Shown here piece after piece: positions 1-10,897 of a DNA stretch of 64,000 nt (within the stretch, counting starts at the first letter, position 1; every line of letters starts with the position of its first letter). Source of the DNA: a bacterium (lineage in GTDB: Bacteria > SAR324 > XYD2-FULL-50-16). The DNA is taken from positions 79,943 through 143,942 of the forward strand of contig JAVVEA010000008.1 in assembly GCA_032250835.1 (NCBI GenBank), read 5' to 3'. A model generated the notes under the pieces. It saw only the letters and a list, made by a program, of their open reading frames with translations. It was not told where the DNA came from and did no database searches. Both the position numbers and the translations under genes were made by a program.

Positions 1-562
1 CGCCGATGTGCCCATAGGGTTGCACCGCCTCGATGCCCAAATCTAAACAATGTTTGGCAATGTCGTGGATCTTTTTTGCCTCTGCTGAACAGTTACCCAC
101 CAAGAAGCTTCGGTTGGTGTCGCCGAAGTAGCCGTCTAAGATGCAAGTAACGTCCACGTTCAACAGGTCCCCATCCTCGACCACTACGTCTTGGCTGGGG
201 ATTCCGTGGCAGACCACCTCGTTGAGCGAGGTGCAGCAACTCTTGGGGTAGCCATGATAACCCAAAGTGGCCGGCGTGGCTCCGTGGTCCAAGGTGAATT
301 CGTAGACCAGTTGGTCGATTTCCTCGGTGGTGATGCCTGGCTTAAGGTGCTGCTCAACCATCACCAAAGTGGCTTTCGCCAAGCGGCAGGAGGCGCGCAT
401 GCCTTCGATAAACTCAGCGCTACGGGGGATCGGGCGCGGGCGAAAGGGACTACGGTTCACTTCGGGTTCCTCTAGGTCTTTGCCAAGATGGCATTTCTTA
501 TATTTCTTTCCGCTCCCACACCAACAGGGGTCATTGCGGTTGGGTATCTGCTCTGGGGTCAC
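1..562 (-). CDS. map: Type I methionine aminopeptidase with N-terminal SEC-C motif (3' end outside window)
   Basis: Not in the ORF track. Manual translation from GTG at 562 (GTGA overlap with the leuS stop) gives [25 protein letters not shown]...GMRASCRLA...[10 protein letters not shown]...[21 protein letters not shown]...GDLLNVDVT...DGYFGDT. Confidence 0.93.
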   Translation of the reverse strand, partial: MTPEQIPNRNDPCWCGSGKKYKKCHLGKDLEEPEVNRSPFRPRPIPRSAEFIEGMRASCRLAKATLVMVEQHLKPGITTEEIDQLVYEFTLDHGATPATLGYHGYPKSCCTSLNEVVCHGIPSQDVVVEDGDLLNVDVTCILDGYFGDTNRSFLVGNCSAEAKKIHDIAKHCLDLGIEAVQPYGHIG

Positions 563-2976
563 TTTACAACAAGGTTTAAGATCTTGTCGGGCACATAAAT
601 CACCTTAACCACTTGTTTGCCTTCGGTGTACTTTTGCACTTTTTCAGAAGCCATGGCTAGCGCCAAAACCTCTTCCTGGCTGCTGCCGGGGGGTACTTCT
701 AGGCTGTCGCGGTGTTTCCCTAATACCTGAACCGGCAGCGTGATGCTTTGGCTGACCAGTTTAGATTCATCAAAGGTCGGCCAGGGCTGATAAGCCAAGG
801 TCTCGCCACTGCCCAGCTTCTGCCAGAGCTCTTCGGCCAAGTGCGGCGCAAAGGGGCTCAGTAGCAGCACCAAACCGCTCATTTGGCTGCGATTGCGCTG
901 GCTTTGCCCGGTCCATTCGTTGACCGCTATCATCAACTGGCTGATGGCCGTATTGAACCGCAGTGCCTCTAAATCTTCGGTAACCTTCTTGACCGTCTCA
1001 TGGTAAAGCCGGGTGATTTCTTCGCTGGCTTCGGTTTCGACTAATGCCGCCGATAGTTGGTCCTCTTCATCGACAAACAAACGCCAAAAGCGCGCCAAGA
1101 ATCGGTTGATCCCTTCTAGTCCCGAGGTGGACCAAGGCTTGGATTTCTCTAAGGGCCCCATGAACATCTCGTATAGCCGTAGGCTGTCGGCCCCAAACTG
1201 GGCGACGATGTCGTCGGGGTTGATCACATTGCCCCGGCTTTTGGACATCTTCTCGCCGTTTTCGCCTAAGATCATGCCTTGGTTGACCAGCTTTTCAAAG
1301 GGTTCTTTGGTGCTGACTTCGCCGCGGTCATACAAGACTTTATGCCAAAACCTAGAATACAAGAGGTGTAAGACCGCATGTTCCGCCCCGCCCACGTATA
1401 GGTCTACCGGCATCCAGTATTTTTCGGCTTCTTTGGAGAAGGCCGCTTCACGGTTGTGGGGGTCGCAGTAGCGCAGATAATACCAACAAGACCCAGCCCA
1501 CTGGGGCATGGTGTTGCTGCTGCGGGTGGCTTTGCGGCCATCAGGCAAAGTGACTTCCATCCAGTCCTTCATCTTCGCCAAGGGGCTCTCGCCGGACTCA
1601 GAAGGCTGGAAGTCGTTGGTTTGGGGTAAGCGCAGCGGTAAATCGTTGGGGTCCATGGGGACCACTGCGCCGTCTTCGGTCTGCATCAAGGGAAAGGGCT
1701 CGCCCCAATAGCGCTGACGCGAAAAGAGCCAATCGCGGAGCTTGTAGTTGATGGCCAATTTGCCCTGGCCTTGGGCTTCGAGTTGGTCGATGATCTTGGC
1801 CTTGGCCTCGTCCACTTCCAGCCCATCCAAGAAACCCGAATTGCACAGAGCCCCGTCGCCGGTGTGGGCCGCTTCGGATACGTCGGCACCGGCGATGATG
1901 TTTTTGATCGGCAAATTCATGGCCTGGGCAAATTCGTAGTCTCGCTGGTCGTGCCCCGGAACGGCCATGATCGCGCCGGTCCCGTAGCTCATCAAAACAT
2001 AATCAGCGATCCAAATGGGCAGCGGCTCACCATTAACTGGGTTGATGGCATAGGCCCCGGTAAAGACGCCCGTCTTTTTCTTGGAAAGATCGGTGCGGTC
2101 CAGGTCCGACTTGGCCGCGCAAGTTTCTTTGTAGGCCTTTACGGCCTGCCATTGTTCTTCGGTGCAGATCAGCTCAACTAAGGCATGCTCGGGGGCGAGC
2201 ACACAGTAGGTGGCCCCAAACAGCGTGTCCGGGCGGGTGGTGAAGACCACAAATTCGCGGTTCTCTTGGCCTTGGATCTTAAAATGGACCTCTGCGCCGA
2301 TGGACTTGCCGATCCAGTGCCGCTGCATTTCTTTGACACTAGCCGGCCAGTCAAGGGCGTCTAGGTCTTCAAGCAGCTTGTCGGCATATTCGGTGATCTT
2401 AAGCATCCATTGTTTCATGGGCTTGCGGATTACCGGGTGGCCGCCGCGCTCGGACTTGCCGTCGATCACCTCTTCGTTTGAAAGCACAGTACGCAATTCG
2501 GGGCACCAGTTGACCGGAGCGTTGTGCTCATAGGCTAGGCCCGCGTCAAAGAGCTGCAAAAAGATCCACTGGGTCCATTTATAATAGTCTGGGTCGGTGG
2601 TGTTGATTTCTCGGTCCCAGTCGTAAGAAAAGCCTAGGGCCTTAATTTGGCGGCGGAAGTTGTCTACGTTCTGCTGGGTCGTTTGGGCCGGGTGGGTGCC
2701 GGTTTGGATGGCGTACTGCTCGGCCGGCAGGCCAAAGGCGTCCCAGCCCATGCAGTGCAACACGTTAAACCCGCGCATCCGTTTGTAACGGCTGACGATG
2801 TCCGTGGCGGTGTAGCCCTCGGGGTGGCCGACATGTAAACCCTGGCCCGAGGGGTAGGGGAACATGTCGAGGGCGTAATACTTGGGCTTGGCGTGGTCGA
2901 TCTCGACCTTAAAAGTCTTGTTGGATTCCCAGTATTGTTGCCACTTGGGCTCGATTTCGCGAGGGTTATAGGCCAT
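559..2976 (-). CDS. leuS: Leucine--tRNA ligase
   Basis: MFPYPSG-LHVGH (HIGH-like), KMSKS, FTTRPDT editing-domain motif, 805 aa. Confidence 0.98.
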   Translation of the reverse strand: MAYNPREIEPKWQQYWESNKTFKVEIDHAKPKYYALDMFPYPSGQGLHVGHPEGYTATDIVSRYKRMRGFNVLHCMGWDAFGLPAEQYAIQTGTHPAQTTQQNVDNFRRQIKALGFSYDWDREINTTDPDYYKWTQWIFLQLFDAGLAYEHNAPVNWCPELRTVLSNEEVIDGKSERGGHPVIRKPMKQWMLKITEYADKLLEDLDALDWPASVKEMQRHWIGKSIGAEVHFKIQGQENREFVVFTTRPDTLFGATYCVLAPEHALVELICTEEQWQAVKAYKETCAAKSDLDRTDLSKKKTGVFTGAYAINPVNGEPLPIWIADYVLMSYGTGAIMAVPGHDQRDYEFAQAMNLPIKNIIAGADVSEAAHTGDGALCNSGFLDGLEVDEAKAKIIDQLEAQGQGKLAINYKLRDWLFSRQRYWGEPFPLMQTEDGAVVPMDPNDLPLRLPQTNDFQPSESGESPLAKMKDWMEVTLPDGRKATRSSNTMPQWAGSCWYYLRYCDPHNREAAFSKEAEKYWMPVDLYVGGAEHAVLHLLYSRFWHKVLYDRGEVSTKEPFEKLVNQGMILGENGEKMSKSRGNVINPDDIVAQFGADSLRLYEMFMGPLEKSKPWSTSGLEGINRFLARFWRLFVDEEDQLSAALVETEASEEITRLYHETVKKVTEDLEALRFNTAISQLMIAVNEWTGQSQRNRSQMSGLVLLLSPFAPHLAEELWQKLGSGETLAYQPWPTFDESKLVSQSITLPVQVLGKHRDSLEVPPGSSQEEVLALAMASEKVQKYTEGKQVVKVIYVPDKILNLVVK

Positions 2977-3201
2977 CGGGGCGTTGCTCCTGAAGGGGCG
3001 GTTGCATTTTAAAAAATTGGCCCATTCTAGGTGAGGCGAGCCGCTTGGTCAATGGGGTAGGCCGTGGAACCGCCACTGGCCCGGTAAGGTTGGATTTTGG
3101 CCGAAAGTGACCGAAAATGTTGCTGCATTCCCTTTGATTTACACTATACTTAGAACTGGATAAGGGGGAGTTCTGACGCAAATGAATGGGAAATAATCAA
3201 A

Positions 3202-3876
3202 ATGATGCCATTGAAAAACGAACAGGAAATCCGTCTTTTCGAGCGTGCGGTGGAATTAACCGAATCCATGGCTCGGGCGCTAGAAAGCCGAGATTATGAA
3301 CACCTAGACCGGGTTTGGGACCTTTTTGGGAAGTTGGATCAAGTACCCTTTGGCTATTTTTCGGTGGCCCAAGAAATCCACCTTGAGTCCATCGCTCAGC
3401 GGCAAGAGCATTCTTTTAAAAATCAGGTAGACATCAACGGGACTTGGCGGTTGCTGAGCCTTTCTGTCGGGATGGGCTCCTTGTGCAGTGCCTTGGCTGG
3501 GGCTTTGTTGTATCTTGGTTCTGGGCCCGGCTCTTGGATTGCTTTTGGGGCCGGGTTGATGTTTTTGGCGATCTTGCCCTTTGTGGTGTGGGTTCCCTGG
3601 TCCGCCCCCCGTTGCCCAAGGTGCGGCTCTAGTGCCCAAGGCCGCAGAAATTGGGAGCGCCTGATCGAGGGCGGCTCCCTGCCGGTATATCAGTGCCAAT
3701 CCTGTGCTCAGGAGTTTTTCCGTTACGCCGGTTTAACGCTGCTTGAGCGGCACGAATGGCCCGAATTGCTGGTCGCGCGTGATGAACTAAAGCAACGCAA
3801 GGCGGGCCACCGCAGCTTGGTTTTGGGCTTGGTCGCCGCCAGTTTTACCCGCAGCTCCACTCACTTAAAAGGTTGA
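3202..3876 (+). CDS. Hypothetical membrane protein with CxxC..CxxC zinc ribbon (paralog 1 of 3)
   Basis: Two hydrophobic segments, then CPRC...CQSC-FFRYAG-LLERH-PEL; pattern shared with 4316 and 4969. Confidence 0.8.
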   Translation: MMPLKNEQEIRLFERAVELTESMARALESRDYEHLDRVWDLFGKLDQVPFGYFSVAQEIHLESIAQRQEHSFKNQVDINGTWRLLSLSVGMGSLCSALAGALLYLGSGPGSWIAFGAGLMFLAILPFVVWVPWSAPRCPRCGSSAQGRRNWERLIEGGSLPVYQCQSCAQEFFRYAGLTLLERHEWPELLVARDELKQRKAGHRSLVLGLVAASFTRSSTHLKG

Positions 3877-4315
3877 GTCTAGCGGGCCGCAGCCTGTTTG
3901 GTGGCCTGGACCTTTCCTATCAAAGATACCTTGCACCAAAAGCACCTAGATTTTCTGGCTTGGTGCGGCCCCAGCGCTGCCTACCGCAGGTTGGGTTTAA
4001 GGCCCCTTTTTTCCGGGCCTTTGGCTTGGTCCTTTACCCTCCTGGTCCGTCTCCAACCTCCAGATTCCCGTTATCCCAAACGCGTTCCCTTGGGTGGCCC
4101 CTTTTTAAGATCCCCTCAAAGACCAAAGCTCGGACCCTGCTTGGGACCGCCCAAACCCCTGGCACCTCCGCTCCGTCCGCCCGCCCGGCGCTTGGGCCTT
4201 GCAAACCCCTTTAGGTCCCTAAGGCTTTAGCGGCAGGGGGCGGGGTCAAGGAGTCACTTCCCGTTTGTGGTAGATCGTGCTTAAATAGCACCATATTATA
4301 ATTCATTTTAGGCCC

Positions 4316-4972
4316 ATGACCGATAAAAATCCCGATCTACTGGTTGCCGTAAAGCAACTCCGCGCCCTCTCCAAAGCACTCTACCAAGGCGATGCTCCGG
4401 CGCTGGCCCAAGGGGCGGCCAGGTGGGACGCCCTGATACGCGTGCCCAGGGGTCTGCAATACCTCGCGGAAGTGATCGCCCAAGAACAGGTCGCCCAAGT
4501 TAAGGGGGACCCTAATGCGGCTAGTTTAAAGGCCAACCCTTTCCCAGCCCTTTGGGTCAAGGGGCTGGTTTTTATGTGTATCGTCTTGGTGATTGGTTGG
4601 GTGCTGTACCGCTATGGTTCCGTTGAAGGCGGTTGGTTTGGGCTGCGGTTGGTCGGCGCTTTTTTGATGTTCAGTTCCCCTTTAGGTCTGATTTTGGGGC
4701 GTTCGCGGGCGGTGTGTCCCGGCTGTGCCCAGGTTAGCTCGGATTTTGCGGACCAGTCGCTGGTTACCGAAGAGGCGGTTTTGCCGCTGCATTCCTGCGA
4801 ACGCTGCGGTAAAACTTTTTTCCGCTACCGGGGCACCATGTTGTTTGAGCGCCACCAACGGCCCGAATTGTTGTTTCCCCAAGAGCTTGCCTCAAAGGCC
4901 CAAGACCAACCGATCCAGTGGCTACAAGACCGTAAACAGCTAACCCAGATTTTAAATGGAGCAAAGGCATGA
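4316..4972 (+). CDS. Hypothetical membrane protein with CxxC..CxxC zinc ribbon (paralog 2 of 3)
   Basis: Two TM segments, CPGC...CERC-FFRYRG-LFERH-PEL. Confidence 0.8.
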   Translation: MTDKNPDLLVAVKQLRALSKALYQGDAPALAQGAARWDALIRVPRGLQYLAEVIAQEQVAQVKGDPNAASLKANPFPALWVKGLVFMCIVLVIGWVLYRYGSVEGGWFGLRLVGAFLMFSSPLGLILGRSRAVCPGCAQVSSDFADQSLVTEEAVLPLHSCERCGKTFFRYRGTMLFERHQRPELLFPQELASKAQDQPIQWLQDRKQLTQILNGAKA

Positions 4973-5631
4973 GCGGTGACAACCGGACGCAACGGGTCTA
5001 CCAGCTACGCGAACTTTCCGGCGAAATCGCCAACTTTTTGGCCCAAGGCAAGCCCGAAGAGGCCCTTGCGTTGAGCCAGCGGGTTTGGGGTCAGCTGCAG
5101 GCTGGTGACCGGATGCCCGCCGGGCAAGCAGCGCTGTTGCATAAAGTCGCGGCCACCGCCGAAGAGGCCTTAGGCCCCCAAAACAACCGACTGCACCCGA
5201 CGGTAAACAACAGCGGGGCGCTGCTTTGGCGCGCCGCCAAATATGTAGGGATCGCCGCCATCACCGCCGCCATGGGCTATTTTTTGGCCGAAGAGCGGGG
5301 CGATTGGTATTGGTGGCTGCTCTTTTGGTTCGGCCTCTTGTGCATGGTCGCCATCACCCGCGTCCCCTATATCCCCGACGGTCCGGCCGACTGCCCCCGC
5401 TGCACCCGCACGGCCGCCACGCCGACCGAAGAGGTCTTTTTGACCGAAACCGAGGCCTTCCGTATCTACCAATGTAAGTCCTGCCAGACCCGCTTCTTTC
5501 GGCTAGGTGAAGCGACGCTGCTCGAAGATCACAGCGCTCCGCAGCTAATCAAACCCCAACAAGCCGCCCAAGAACTGCTCAGCCCGACTTTAGAGGGCGG
5601 CTTGGTGGACTTGGGCGAGGTGGAATTGTGA
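4969..5631 (+). CDS. Hypothetical membrane protein with CxxC..CxxC zinc ribbon (paralog 3 of 3)
   Basis: ATGA overlap with the previous gene; two TM segments, CPRC...CKSC-FFRLG-LLEDH-PQL. Confidence 0.8.
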   Translation: MSGDNRTQRVYQLRELSGEIANFLAQGKPEEALALSQRVWGQLQAGDRMPAGQAALLHKVAATAEEALGPQNNRLHPTVNNSGALLWRAAKYVGIAAITAAMGYFLAEERGDWYWWLLFWFGLLCMVAITRVPYIPDGPADCPRCTRTAATPTEEVFLTETEAFRIYQCKSCQTRFFRLGEATLLEDHSAPQLIKPQQAAQELLSPTLEGGLVDLGEVEL

Positions 5632-5670
5632 GGCCCGAGGGGGCCTTGGCCCCGATAGGCTAGGTAGGAG

Positions 5671-6141
5671 ATGTTCAAGCGAAATCACCTGGCCCTTACC
5701 GCCATCTTTCTGTGGGTCCTGACCCTGGTGGTTTTCGGCTATTTTGTTTACTTCGGGACGCTGACCGGCGAAGTCGAAGGGGGCCGCAAGGTGATCCAGG
5801 TAACAGCCAGCGAGTTGGCCTTCATCCAAGAGCGGATGATTTTTTCCTTAAAACAAATCGCCCAGATCCAAGCCGCCTTGGCCGTAGAGGACTTGAAAGC
5901 CATCGTCGAGCCCGCCCGCAGCCTGGGCCGGGGCAACGGCGTCGAAGCCCCCAAGAGCCTACCCTTAAAAATGCCCTTCGATTTTAGGCGCTTGATCGTC
6001 ACCAACCAAGAAATCTTCTCCGGCATGGCCGAAAAGTCCGCCCAGGGAGCCTTCCCTTCAGAACTCCAAGAAGACCTCACCCGCGTCTTAAAAAACTGCC
6101 ATGAGTGCCACGCGAAGTTTAAGGTGGTGGCGGGGGAATAA
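5671..6141 (+). CDS. Membrane-anchored monoheme cytochrome c, class II (c'-like)
   Basis: N-terminal hydrophobic anchor, helical body, single C-terminal CHECH heme motif. Confidence 0.8.
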   Translation: MFKRNHLALTAIFLWVLTLVVFGYFVYFGTLTGEVEGGRKVIQVTASELAFIQERMIFSLKQIAQIQAALAVEDLKAIVEPARSLGRGNGVEAPKSLPLKMPFDFRRLIVTNQEIFSGMAEKSAQGAFPSELQEDLTRVLKNCHECHAKFKVVAGE

Positions 6142-6159
6142 TGGTATCTTTTGGAACTA

Positions 6160-7155
6160 TTACTTCAGTATACGATCAGCAATCAAATTTGCCACGACAC
6201 CAAAACCTAATGAGACAATGGAATAAAGTAGGCTATTAATCAAATATCGCTTTCTGGCAATTTTATCAGTTTGAATCAACTTTTCGTCCCCTTTGTTCAA
6301 TTTAATGTATGTCGCGTGATTGATTTTTGTGGCGTATTCTTCAACGAGCATCCCAATCTGTGTTCCTGCTTTATGAAAGATGTACATAAAAAATATTGAT
6401 ATAATTAGGAAACTTGCCTGTTGATGGGGCATGCTCACCGAAAAGTACTTGAATATTTGTGCTGAATTTTCAGCAATAAAATAGGAAATGAAGCCAAAAA
6501 ATGCCAGTTGAAATCCAGGCCGATAGAACTTTCTCAAGCCTTTGAATATTTTGATCGGCTTTGAATGCGTATCGTTTGGTAGCCCTTTTAACCATTCTTC
6601 GAAAGCAGCCTTTACAGTGTTTGCAATTATGAAATCCACATAAGTAATCTCTATAGCTGCTGTTACAAAGTCTATTAGGTCGAATAGTTGGTAGGGTACT
6701 TTTTGGCCTACCTCTTTCATCCAAGCAACGCCTGAAACAAGGTGTATTTCAATTTTATAAGGCTGTGGGTGATCTGTGTCCTGAGTGTGTTTGACAAAAT
6801 TGTATTCGAGCATTACTCGGGAAACTGGGTTGATCCCGTTTTGATTGTATGAATGAAATTTATCAAACGAACTAAAGCGAGAAGTTTCACTTTCGCTATG
6901 AAAAACCCAAACAGTGCAACCATGCCTAGATACGCCTAGTGTCCGAAGGACTTGGAGTATCTTGATGTTTAGCTGGGCAAGCTCTTGAAATTCCAACTGA
7001 AACGGCTCAGAGTATTCGTTTTTTTGCTTGTCTGTTTTTCCCGTAACTAGATGATAATATTCTTGAAATTGGTGAACATCAATTGCCAGGTTACTAGTAG
7101 TCTCAGTTCTTTGATAGCTAACGGAACTTGATGTGTTTGATGGTTGATTCTCCAA
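6160..7155 (-). CDS. Hypothetical AT-rich membrane protein (soluble N-domain, about 3 C-terminal TM segments)
   Basis: 331-aa ORF in a visibly AT-rich patch; hydrophobic stretches in the C-terminal third; TTG start uncertain. Confidence 0.75.
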   Translation of the reverse strand: MENQPSNTSSSVSYQRTETTSNLAIDVHQFQEYYHLVTGKTDKQKNEYSEPFQLEFQELAQLNIKILQVLRTLGVSRHGCTVWVFHSESETSRFSSFDKFHSYNQNGINPVSRVMLEYNFVKHTQDTDHPQPYKIEIHLVSGVAWMKEVGQKVPYQLFDLIDFVTAAIEITYVDFIIANTVKAAFEEWLKGLPNDTHSKPIKIFKGLRKFYRPGFQLAFFGFISYFIAENSAQIFKYFSVSMPHQQASFLIISIFFMYIFHKAGTQIGMLVEEYATKINHATYIKLNKGDEKLIQTDKIARKRYLINSLLYSIVSLGFGVVANLIADRILK

Positions 7156-7338
7156 TATTTACCCCAGATTACTATAGGTTGAAATACGTGCAGATATTAC
7201 AAAGTCAGAATGTTCATATCAACATAAAAAAAGCCTCAAGCTATAGGCAATCTTGATATTGTCTTAGGAAAGCAAGTTCCATGAAGCTTTCTTCAACACA
7301 AGGATTGGCTTGGGTGGATGCCGCTAAAATTGATCAGC

Positions 7339-8241
7339 CTAAATCTCCCCCATCAGCGCCAAATACCCTTCATAAACCTCGCGGTCCAGCAGTTCCTTTT
7401 GCACTTCGGCTTTGACGTTGCAGTGGGGTTCGTGGGTGTGGGTGCAGTCGGCGTGTTTGCAGTGGCCGCTGTAGTCTTTGATCAAGGGGAAGTGGAAGCG
7501 CAGGTTGTCTTTGGTCGCCCCCCAAAGGCTGAACTCGCGGATGCCCGGCGTGTCGATCACCTGGCCCGCTTCGCCGATGGAGATCATGCGGGCGTAGGTG
7601 GTGGTGTGGGCTCCCTTTTGGGTCTTCTCGCTGATCTCGCCTACTTTGAGGTCCAAGCCCGGAAAGAGCCGGTTGATCAGGCTCGACTTGCCCACCCCCG
7701 AAGGGCCCGAAAAGACGCAGACGCTGCTGCCGATCAACTCGGCCAAGCGGGCATCGTCGGCACTGCCGCCTTTACTGCTGAATAAAATTTCTAAGTCGAT
7801 ATTTAAGAAGGGGCGCAGGAAGGGCAGGTCTTTGTGGTGGTGGACCAAGTCCATTTTGGTCATCACCAAGACCGGGCGCACGTTGCCCAAGCTGGCGGCA
7901 ACCAACATCCGCCAAACCAATCCGGCGCGCGGGTCCGGCTGTTTGGCCGCCAAGCTGATGAACATCACGTCCACATTAGCGGCAATCACCTGTTCGGCCT
8001 CAATGCCCACCCGGGCGCGGGACAAGAAGGATTTGCGTTCTTCTAGGGCGCTGATCAGGCCGATGTCCTCGCCTTCGCCCATACGGTAACTGACCCGGTC
8101 CCCCACGGCGATTTGGTTGTCGAACTTGCTCTTTTGGAAGAGCGCTCCTTTGGCTTTACACTCTACTTCGACCCCCTCGGGGGTGCGTAAGTAATAAAAA
8201 CCTTTGGTGCGGCGGGCCACGGTGGCGATCAGCTCGGACAT
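7339..8241 (-). CDS. rsgA: Ribosome small subunit-dependent GTPase A
   Basis: OB fold (VGDRV), TKMD, GPSGVGKSS, HTTT, DTPG, C-terminal CKHADCTHTHEPHC zinc site. Confidence 0.96.
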   Translation of the reverse strand: MSELIATVARRTKGFYYLRTPEGVEVECKAKGALFQKSKFDNQIAVGDRVSYRMGEGEDIGLISALEERKSFLSRARVGIEAEQVIAANVDVMFISLAAKQPDPRAGLVWRMLVAASLGNVRPVLVMTKMDLVHHHKDLPFLRPFLNIDLEILFSSKGGSADDARLAELIGSSVCVFSGPSGVGKSSLINRLFPGLDLKVGEISEKTQKGAHTTTYARMISIGEAGQVIDTPGIREFSLWGATKDNLRFHFPLIKDYSGHCKHADCTHTHEPHCNVKAEVQKELLDREVYEGYLALMGEI

Positions 8242-8311
8242 AATACCAGGGGGTTGGGGGGCAATAATTGAGTCTTGTCTAGGTTAGCCCAACGGCCCCC
8301 TTAAGGCAAGA

Positions 8312-8731
8312 CTACCAAGTTCCCTGATTTTGCATCGACTTCCAGGGTTCCTCGGGCGGCAGCGGCTCGCCTTCTTGCAACAGCTCGATGCTGATCCCGT
8401 CGGGGCTTTTGACAAAGGCCATGTGCCCGTCTCGGGGCGGGCGGTTGATCACAATGCCTTGGTCTTGTAGGCGCTGGCAAAACTGGTAGATGTTCTCCAC
8501 CGAAAGGGCCAAATGCCCAAAGTTGCGGCCCTGGCTGTAAGTTTCGGGCTCGTCCCAATTGTAGGTCAGTTCCAGCTTGGTCTCGTTTTCGCCCAACTGC
8601 AAGAAGACCAGCGTAAACCGGCCCTCGTGAAATTCACGCCGCCAAGTTTCATGAAAGCCCATCTGCTCTACCCAGAACTTCAGCGAGGTTTCTAAATCAA
8701 AGACCCGGATCATGACATGCAAAAACTTCAT
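8312..8731 (-). CDS. gloA: Lactoylglutathione lyase / VOC family
   Basis: FLHVMIRV, LELTYNWD, FGHLA, FVKSPDGISIEL. Confidence 0.9.
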   Translation of the reverse strand: MKFLHVMIRVFDLETSLKFWVEQMGFHETWRREFHEGRFTLVFLQLGENETKLELTYNWDEPETYSQGRNFGHLALSVENIYQFCQRLQDQGIVINRPPRDGHMAFVKSPDGISIELLQEGEPLPPEEPWKSMQNQGTW

Positions 8732-8857
8732 CAGTCCTCTTGGGGAAAATTAGGGGGAATGGTGAGGGGGCGCACTTGAGCTTTTTGTCGGCATCGGCTA
8801 AAGATTATAGATTACGCCCAATTTGTATAGTTACCGACCATCTTAGGGGAAGTTTCG

Positions 8858-10258
8858 ATGAAAAAGACGATGTTTCAAAAGATCTGGGATGCCCATGTGG
8901 TCTTCGAAGAGCCGGGCTTGACCCCCTTGCTCTACGTGGACCGGCATCTGATGCACGAGGTGACCAGTCCTCAGGCTTTTGAAGGCCTGCGCCAACGCAG
9001 CCGCCAGATCCATCGCCCCGAAGCGGTTTTGGCCACTATGGACCATTGTATCCCGACCATCAACCGGGATCAACCCATTGCTGACCCCATTGCCGCCAAA
9101 CAAGTCCAGACGCTGCAAGACAACTGCGATGCTAACGGCTTGAACTTGTTTAATATGCACAGCCCCAACAACGGCATCATCCACGTGGTGGCTCCGGAAA
9201 ACGGCTTCACCCATCCGGGCATGGTGATCGTCTGCGGCGATTCGCACACCGCCACCCACGGCGCTTTTGGGGCTTTGGCCTTTGGTATCGGCACCAGCGA
9301 GGTGGAGCATGTTTTGGCGACCCAGACGCTACCCCAGAAGAAGGGCAAGACGATGTTGATCTCCGTCGAGGGCAGCCTCAAGCCCGGCGTGACCTCTAAA
9401 GACGTGACCATGGCCATCATCGGCAAGATCGGCACCGCGGGCGGCACCGGGTATATTGTGGAATATGCCGGCAGCACCATCCGCGAAATGAGCATGGAAG
9501 GGCGCATGACCCTCTGCAACATGGCTATTGAAGCCGGTGCCCGCGCCGGTATGGTGGCGCCAGACGAAAAAACCTTTGAGTACCTTAAGGGCAAAAAACA
9601 TGCACCCCAGGCGGACCAATGGGACCAAGCGGTAGCTTACTGGAAGAGCATGGCCACCGACGAAGGCGCTACTTTTGACGCCGTGGTGGAACTGAAAGCC
9701 GAAGAGATCGAGCCGCAAATCACCTGGGGCACCAGCCCCGAGCAGGTGATTTCGGTCAATCAAAGCGTTCCCGCCCCGGCGGACATGGACGAGGCGGGCA
9801 AACAATTGGCGGTCAAGAATGCGCTGGCCTATATGGGCTTAAGCGCCGGGCAGAAGATGACCGACGTGACCCTGGATTGGGTTTTTATCGGCTCTTGCAC
9901 CAACAGCCGCATCGAAGACATGCGCGCCGCCGCCGCCGTGGCCAAAGGCAAGCAGGTGAACCCCAAGGTCCGCGCTATTGTCGTGCCGGGGTCTTATCCG
10001 GTCAAGCTGCAGGCCGAGGCCGAAGGCTTAGACAAGATCTTCACCGCCGCCGGTTTTGAATGGCGCGAGCCCGGCTGCAGTATGTGCTTGGCCATGAATG
10101 GCGACGAACTAAAGCCCGGTGAACGCTGCGCCTCGACCAGCAACCGCAACTTTGAAGGTCGCCAAGGCAAGGGCGGACGCACCCATTTGGTCAGCCCCGC
10201 CATGGCCGCCGCTGCCGCCATCGAAGGCCGGTTTGTGGATATCCGCAACTGGAATTAA
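8858..10258 (+). CDS. leuC: 3-isopropylmalate dehydratase large subunit
   Basis: [38 protein letters not shown]. Confidence 0.98.
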   Translation: MKKTMFQKIWDAHVVFEEPGLTPLLYVDRHLMHEVTSPQAFEGLRQRSRQIHRPEAVLATMDHCIPTINRDQPIADPIAAKQVQTLQDNCDANGLNLFNMHSPNNGIIHVVAPENGFTHPGMVIVCGDSHTATHGAFGALAFGIGTSEVEHVLATQTLPQKKGKTMLISVEGSLKPGVTSKDVTMAIIGKIGTAGGTGYIVEYAGSTIREMSMEGRMTLCNMAIEAGARAGMVAPDEKTFEYLKGKKHAPQADQWDQAVAYWKSMATDEGATFDAVVELKAEEIEPQITWGTSPEQVISVNQSVPAPADMDEAGKQLAVKNALAYMGLSAGQKMTDVTLDWVFIGSCTNSRIEDMRAAAAVAKGKQVNPKVRAIVVPGSYPVKLQAEAEGLDKIFTAAGFEWREPGCSMCLAMNGDELKPGERCASTSNRNFEGRQGKGGRTHLVSPAMAAAAAIEGRFVDIRNWN

Positions 10259-10284
10259 ACGGTTCAAACAGGAGTTTTTGATAG

Positions 10285-10896
10285 ATGGAAGCCTTTACCC
10301 AACTGACCGGCGTCGCGGCGCTGTTGAACCGCGACAACATCGACACGGACCAAATCATTGCCAAGCAGTTTTTAAAAAAGACCGAAAAGACGGGCTTCGG
10401 CAAGCACCTGTTTCACGACTGGCGTTACGACGCAGCAGGCAAGGAAAACCCGGAATTTGAGTTGAACAATCCCGCCTTTAAGGGTGCGTCCATCTTGGTG
10501 ACCGGCGACAACTTTGGCTGTGGTTCTTCACGCGAGCACGCCCCCTGGGCGATTGCCGACTTTGGCCTGCGTGTCATTGTGGCCACCAGCTACGCGGACA
10601 TTTTTTACAACAACTGCTTTAAAAACGGCATCTTGCCGATTGTAGCCACCGCCGCCCAGCGCGACCAGCTGGCTGGCGAGATCGAAGCGAACCCCGGCGT
10701 GGCCTTTACCGTTGACCTTGCCGCCCAAAAGATCAGCACCCCCGGCGGGCTGGAAGTGGGCTTTGAGATCGACGACTTCCGCAAGGAAAAGCTGCTCAAG
10801 GGCCTAGACGACATCGACACCTCTTTGTTGTTGATGGACCGGATTACCGCTTTTGAAGCAAAGCAGAAAGCACAACTTCCCTGGCTTTGGAAATAA
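10285..10896 (+). CDS. leuD: 3-isopropylmalate dehydratase small subunit
   Basis: NIDTDQII, NFGCGSSREHAPWA, DIFYNN. Confidence 0.98.
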   Translation: MEAFTQLTGVAALLNRDNIDTDQIIAKQFLKKTEKTGFGKHLFHDWRYDAAGKENPEFELNNPAFKGASILVTGDNFGCGSSREHAPWAIADFGLRVIVATSYADIFYNNCFKNGILPIVATAAQRDQLAGEIEANPGVAFTVDLAAQKISTPGGLEVGFEIDDFRKEKLLKGLDDIDTSLLLMDRITAFEAKQKAQLPWLWK

Positions 10897-10897
10897 C

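Noticed and set aside
3873-4230. Two overlapping ORFs of about 110 aa between paralogs 1 and 2
   Set aside because: Pro/Arg-rich, no RBS, no motif and no similarity to the flanking paralogs; probably non-coding
8740-8857. Leucine attenuator or T-box upstream of leuC (and of leuS)
   Set aside because: No Leu-rich leader peptide or terminator/antiterminator seen
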